A program made the position numbers and the translations under genes. Below, piece after piece: positions 59,676 to 64,000 of a DNA stretch of 64,000 nucleotides (positions are counted from its first letter, which is position 1; each line of letters begins with the position of its first letter). A model generated the notes under the pieces. That model searched no databases. It was not told where the DNA came from and saw only the letters and a program-made list of their open reading frames with translations. The stretch covers positions 1-64,000 of the IMG/VR virus record IMGVR_UViG_2663762966_000005. One strand, 5' to 3'. Source of the stretch: an uncultured virus (IMG/VR IMGVR_UViG_2663762966_000005) (Duplodnaviria > Heunggongvirae > Uroviricota > Caudoviricetes).

Positions 59676-59927
59676 ATGGTTGAAAAAAACAATGTCGCAA
59701 CTTTGCGAGAGCAAGCTGGTATGACAGTTTATCAATTAGCTAAACAATGCGGATTTATATCAAATAATCATGTGCTTAATAGGTATATAAAAGATGCAGA
59801 AGCAGGAAAACACATCAGTGTTTATCGTGCCTTACTCATTTACACCGAACTAAAAAAAGCTGGTGTATGCGAGAAGTTTGAAGATGTCTTTTGGCTTGAA
59901 TGTGATGATAAAGATATCGAAAACTAA
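59676..59927 (+). CDS. XRE-type HTH regulator, divergent from ant
   Basis: VATLREQAGMTVYQLAKQCG; TAATAGCAATT occurs twice in the intergenic region. Confidence 0.7.
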   Translation: MVEKNNVATLREQAGMTVYQLAKQCGFISNNHVLNRYIKDAEAGKHISVYRALLIYTELKKAGVCEKFEDVFWLECDDKDIEN

Positions 59928-60093
59928 AATATTTTTCTTGTGGAGTTGGAACTAACTAACTTCTAAGCTTTCCTCATTGTAAATAATGGCTTTATTCAAT
60001 GAATAGGGTCATTATTATGTCCAAAGCTTTAGCTTATGCACCGGCAGTAAATACAGCTAGAACAAAGTTGCCCAGTACTGAATCAGATCCTTT

Positions 60094-60228
60094 CTATTTT
60101 AGGCACATTACAAGAAAATCAGTTATTATGAAAATCATAACAACTTGATTAACTATTTGTTTTAACTTAACAAACTGAGAAGCCCAATCTAAGCCAATGC
60201 CATCAACGATATGCTTCATGGGTGTGTA
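60094..60228 (-). pseudogene. Antirepressor gene fragment
   Basis: Translates YTPMKHIVDGIGLDWASQFVKLK; 60185-60228 is 36/44 identical to 59351-59394. Confidence 0.75.
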
Positions 60229-60280
60229 TCGGGGTGTACCTTCAGTACAGGTTCTGCGAGTACCACCAAATATTGGATAA
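60228..60280 (+). repeat. 53-bp direct repeat, copy 2
   Basis: Matches 58435-58487; followed by a terminator-like hairpin. Confidence 0.92.
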
Positions 60281-60472
60281 AAAGCTGATTTAAAAAGCTA
60301 CCTTTTAGGGTGGCTTTTTTATTAAGACCTATTAAGTGGTTGTTAAACAGGTCTTGAAACAGATCTTCAAATTGTTTATATTGAGTTAACCCTGTAGCAA
60401 ACTTAACTTTCTGAGGACGGTTCTAATCAATTGGCTACAAATTGATGTAGGACACATCAAATGAGAAACGTC

Positions 60473-60748
60473 ATGAACCACATAATCCATAGTCGATTTG
60501 TGGCTAGTGTTTCTGAATTAAAAAAGAATCCTACAGCAGTTGTACAAAATGCTTTTGGCGAAGCAGTAGCTATTCTGAATAGAAATAATCCAGAATTCTA
60601 CTGTGTTCCGGCAGCAATGTATGAACGCATGATGGATCTAATTGAAGATCAGGAACTAATTAAACTAGCCGAGCAAGTTGATACTGACGAAACTGTGAAG
60701 GTATCTATTAATGAGTTACGAGCTAGAGTTCTCAAAAACAGCTCTTAA
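60473..60748 (+). CDS. Phd/YefM-family antitoxin
   Basis: ASVSELKKNP...VAILNRNNPEFYCVP motif. Confidence 0.88.
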   Translation: MNHIIHSRFVASVSELKKNPTAVVQNAFGEAVAILNRNNPEFYCVPAAMYERMMDLIEDQELIKLAEQVDTDETVKVSINELRARVLKNSS

Positions 60749-60977
60749 AAAGTTTGACAAACTTAACCCACAAATCGCTGAGCAGTTTATTCGTAAGCTG
60801 GAAGCAATCCTAGATAACCCTAAGATACCGAAGAATAAGCTGAGAGGATCAGTTGATCTATATAAGATTAAACTGAAATCAGCAGGATACCGCCTTTTAT
60901 ATCAAGTCAAGGATGATGTAGTCGTAGTTCTTGTTCTTGATGTAGATAGGCGAGATGTTATCTATAAACAGATGTGA
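60711..60977 (+). CDS. RelE/StbE-family toxin
   Basis: MSYELEFSKTALK...NKLRG...YKIKLKSAGYRLLYQV. Confidence 0.9.
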   Translation: MSYELEFSKTALKKFDKLNPQIAEQFIRKLEAILDNPKIPKNKLRGSVDLYKIKLKSAGYRLLYQVKDDVVVVLVLDVDRRDVIYKQM

Positions 60978-61103
60978 TATAGCCCGCTTTTGCGGGTTTT
61001 TTATTAATATAAAGTCAGTTTTCTAAAATGGAACTGATTAAAAACCAATAGCAAAAACATCCTTAATCTTGTTGCATAAATCTGCATTTTGAGCATCAAA
61101 ATT

Positions 61104-61748
61104 ATGCAACAATCTAATCCGATTTTACTAAATCAGCTTAAACAAGATTACATTGCTCTACAGCAACTTGGTTCACCATTATTAGCGTGTCAGGGGATGT
61201 TTGTTCCTCGTGGCATGGAAGACCTTCGCTTCTTATTTAAAAGTTGCCCACGGCCAATTGTGAGTAATGAAGATCCAGCAGAAGTTCAATATGCGGGTGG
61301 ATTTACTGGAATTGTTGCTGGTCCCCCGAAAACCCATTACACAGGCAACCTTCAAATCCTAGTAACTGAAGCAGGGCATGATCAACTATTAGCTGAATAT
61401 GTCGTAGCTAGTGGTGGAATCATCCATGGTGATTATTACGATGGCCGTTTAGGTAGTTTTACCCGTTCTTATGCACTTGAAAACTGTGCTATACGCTTTG
61501 AGTCAGCTGAGTATGATTCAGATAGCCGATCTCAAGTTATGACAGTTTCTTGCCCAATCGACTATAACTACTTTGGTAGCTTCGCAAACATTGGTACCAA
61601 CGGCAGTATTCAGCCGGGTAAAAAAGAAATTGATGGTACAGCTGAACTTGTGAATCGCGTTCAGCAGGTAATCAATACTGCTCAACAAGCTGTACGCAAC
61701 TCAACGATTAATGCGACATCACGTACATTAGGCAATCTTTTCGGGTAA
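61104..61748 (+). CDS. Tail tube-fold protein (P1 BplB-like)
   Basis: GMEDLRFLFKSCPRP...LENCAI...IDYNYF resembles P1 BplB. Confidence 0.6.
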   Translation: MQQSNPILLNQLKQDYIALQQLGSPLLACQGMFVPRGMEDLRFLFKSCPRPIVSNEDPAEVQYAGGFTGIVAGPPKTHYTGNLQILVTEAGHDQLLAEYVVASGGIIHGDYYDGRLGSFTRSYALENCAIRFESAEYDSDSRSQVMTVSCPIDYNYFGSFANIGTNGSIQPGKKEIDGTAELVNRVQQVINTAQQAVRNSTINATSRTLGNLFG

Positions 61749-62197
61749 TGGCTATGAAGTTATTACCTGAATCTGAAGGGTATGCTGTAGTTGCTGGTTC
61801 TATCCAGCAACTTTCAGAAGAACTCTATAAAGAATATCAATTATCGGGCTATTCAATTTTGCTTGATGATATCGTGAAAGCATTTTTAGATGAGGCAAAA
61901 TATTATGCCGGATGGGCTGTTTTAGATTGTCAAACTAAAGCTACCACGAGTATTGAACTGAATGAAACTATCGAACTTAGCGGTGATGAGTACGTAATCA
62001 TCCAACCTTTAGTAAAAGCTCACTGTGATCTTTTGCAAGCTAGATTGGTTGAAGCTACTCGTGGGCTCGGAGTCGAAAGTTATGGGCTATCTGTATCAGA
62101 AGCTCAACAGAACTATAATGAAAAGAAAGACGCTTTGCCTAAACTTGCGTTTTGTATGGCCCCAATGAGTTTTAATTTTAACTTGGGGAACCGTTAA
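61748..62197 (+). CDS. Hypothetical virion protein
   Basis: TAATG coupling on both sides. Confidence 0.6.
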   Translation: MAMKLLPESEGYAVVAGSIQQLSEELYKEYQLSGYSILLDDIVKAFLDEAKYYAGWAVLDCQTKATTSIELNETIELSGDEYVIIQPLVKAHCDLLQARLVEATRGLGVESYGLSVSEAQQNYNEKKDALPKLAFCMAPMSFNFNLGNR

Positions 62198-63090
62198 TGC
62201 AAATCACCATTGTATCTGCGGGTAAAATTATTCCAGCGTCTGAGCTGATTAGTGCAACTTTAAGAACTGATCTCGTACCTATTCCCGCATCTATTGAGTT
62301 CACAGTTCAATCTACTACTGAATTAGACTCCCTTTTAAAAGAAGGGGAGCTACTTACTGTAAATGACATATCTCATCCTTTCGAACTTATCAAAGTTACC
62401 CCTCTAAAAACTCAGACTATTAAACAAGATCGGCGAGTAGGTGGCATCTCATGTATTGGTATTTTGGCTGGTTGTAAAAGACTTATCGAATATTCAAAGC
62501 AAGCAATTATTAGTAATGAAACTTCTTTTAATTCAGTAATTCGAGCTTGTGGTGCAACGATCAGTCTGGGCAGTGATTTACCTTTGCCTAAATTTGTTTG
62601 TTTAAAGGGTAGTATGCCTACACAGCGCTTGGCTCATTATCTGCAACAAGAAGCAGCTGTAATTTGCTTTCAAAATAATAAAGTGTCTGCTCAAAAAATT
62701 GATTCTTTCTTCAAAAAGGAACCTATCACAAAACTAGATCCTAGCAGTGTCGTTTGGATATCAAGTAAACCTTTGGAACTGATGCAAAAATCATCTTTTG
62801 TCACAGTTGAGAATAACGGTTCAACGGTTGTTGGTGATGACTCAATAACCCCAGGCCACACTGTGACGCAAAGAGCTGGTTTAGATGCCCGACAAGTCAA
62901 AAACTTGGAAAAAGTTTTGATTATGCGTGGGACCATTATTAGACCACTAAATTTGAACTGGAATGCAGGCGATATATTTGAAATAGATAGTAAGAAGTAT
63001 GTCGTTTTAACTGCTGCACATCATATAGATACAGGCGCAATCGGGGGATCAATGGGGACTTCATCAAAGTTCTGGATTGCTAATTTGTAG
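62197..63090 (+). CDS. Baseplate hub-like protein
   Basis: Lies before the spike gene; LRTDLVPIP and VVLTAAH motifs. Confidence 0.55.
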   Translation: MQITIVSAGKIIPASELISATLRTDLVPIPASIEFTVQSTTELDSLLKEGELLTVNDISHPFELIKVTPLKTQTIKQDRRVGGISCIGILAGCKRLIEYSKQAIISNETSFNSVIRACGATISLGSDLPLPKFVCLKGSMPTQRLAHYLQQEAAVICFQNNKVSAQKIDSFFKKEPITKLDPSSVVWISSKPLELMQKSSFVTVENNGSTVVGDDSITPGHTVTQRAGLDARQVKNLEKVLIMRGTIIRPLNLNWNAGDIFEIDSKKYVVLTAAHHIDTGAIGGSMGTSSKFWIANL

Positions 63091-63099
63091 GTCAAATAT

Positions 63100-64000
63100 A
63101 TGAATGGTTTAAAACGTGCAAAGATTTTAAGTTACAACGCAAAAGGTCGTACTGCACAAGTACACATTCATGGTTTAACTGATGGCGCGAGTGAAGGAAT
63201 TACAGCAACTTTTGCTTATCCAGTCGGCGATAGTGATTTAGATACAGAAATTCAAATTGTGGATGGGGAAGACGTCTATGTCTTCTTTGAAAATGGTAAT
63301 GAAGAACGTCCAGTAATCCATAGTTATGTCAGTCACGGAGACGGCGCGATTGTAGGTGTGCGCCGTATTCGACAAGACAATATTGAATTTATCTCTAAAG
63401 AAAATTTAAAAGTAGATTCTGGCACAACCGTTTCGATCAAAACGCCGTTAATGAATGTACAAGCTAATACTCAACAAACTGGTAATAGCACATTAACGGG
63501 AAATAGCACTGTAGTGGGTAATACTTCAGTTGCGGGCAATAGTGCTGTAGCGGGTAGTATGGCAGTTGGCACAACGCTTACGGTTGCAGGTGTGCCTATT
63601 GACCCTAAAGCTATTGAGGGTGCATTTAAAGATGCTCTTAATAAATTAGAAAGTTTAAAGGAAGAGTTAAAAGAACAAGGCGAAAAAATTGATGAAACTA
63701 AAGATCAAGTAAGCCAAGAGATTGATGAAAAAATAAAGGAAGTAGAAGAATTAATAGAAAATATTAAAGATTCTGATGCTTTTAAATTGCTTGAAGAAGG
63801 AATGAAACATTTTGATGAGGAAGTTCAAAAGATTCATGAACAAGTTAAAGAAGTTAATCAGATCGCTCAAAATAAAGTCGATGAAGTTCGTGCTTATATA
63901 GATCAAGAAATAAATAATACTAAATTAATTGTAGATCAACATAATAATGAGGCTAATCTACGATTGGATGAAGCCAATCAACGTATCGATCAGTCTATTC
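63100..64000 (+). CDS. Baseplate spike (gp5/gpV OB-fold + beta-helix) fused to a coiled coil; partial
   Basis: Open to the window end; GEDVYVFFENGNEERPVI OB motif, six-residue GN repeats, then a heptad region. Confidence 0.75.
   Translation, partial: MNGLKRAKILSYNAKGRTAQVHIHGLTDGASEGITATFAYPVGDSDLDTEIQIVDGEDVYVFFENGNEERPVIHSYVSHGDGAIVGVRRIRQDNIEFISKENLKVDSGTTVSIKTPLMNVQANTQQTGNSTLTGNSTVVGNTSVAGNSAVAGSMAVGTTLTVAGVPIDPKAIEGAFKDALNKLESLKEELKEQGEKIDETKDQVSQEIDEKIKEVEELIENIKDSDAFKLLEEGMKHFDEEVQKIHEQVKEVNQIAQNKVDEVRAYIDQEINNTKLIVDQHNNEANLRLDEANQRIDQSI

Larger units (their letters stand above)
39072..64000 (+). mobile_element. P1-like myophage (prophage or phage-plasmid), partial
   Basis: Proteins resemble P1 Pro, PacB, gp23 capsid, gp22 sheath, BplB, gp25 and DarA-N; no host genes present. 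Confidence 0.82.

Noticed and set aside
58435..60280. CRISPR array or DGR template/variable repeat pair
   Set aside because: There are only two copies 1.8 kb apart with a single T/G mismatch, and no cas or reverse transcriptase gene is in the window.
39941..61034. GGAAC as an ECF/sigmaE -35 box
   Set aside because: I found no shared -10 element 16-18 bp downstream. The conserved hexamer lies 29 bp away.
41505..64000. T6SS, tailocin or eCIS interpretation of the sheath and baseplate genes
   Set aside because: Terminase, capsid and prohead protease genes are interleaved, which indicates a complete phage type.

Overview
This AT-rich window looks like Acinetobacter DNA (it carries an ISAba1-type element) and consists entirely of mobile DNA in three parts. 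(1) Positions 1-37891 are a lambdoid-type temperate prophage with a non-contractile tail. It runs from an excisionase-like gene and early left operon through the CI/Cro switch, replication genes, a Q-like antiterminator, a moron hotspot with a TPR+HEPN pair, head/tail genes, an SGNH tail protein and holin/endolysin to a 5'-truncated tyrosine integrase. (2) Positions 37892-39071 are a complete 1180-bp ISAba1 with no target-site duplication, and its outward promoter points into the truncated integrase. (3) Positions 39072-64000 are part of a P1-like contractile-tailed (pro)phage, with homologues of Pro, PacB (carrying a mini-intein), the major capsid, sheath and baseplate proteins. Highlights in part 3 are an independently transcribed, tRNA/C4-like sRNA convergent on a DarA-N/PBECR nuclease gene, a TGGAAC-N29-(-10) promoter motif found nine times and often coupled to RBS-occluding hairpins, a Tad1-family anti-defence sponge, an apparently split and re-ordered tail sheath, a recurrent FDS motif in head proteins, and a direct-repeat-flanked antirepressor island. 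Family assignments come from motif recognition and recalled sequences, not database searches.
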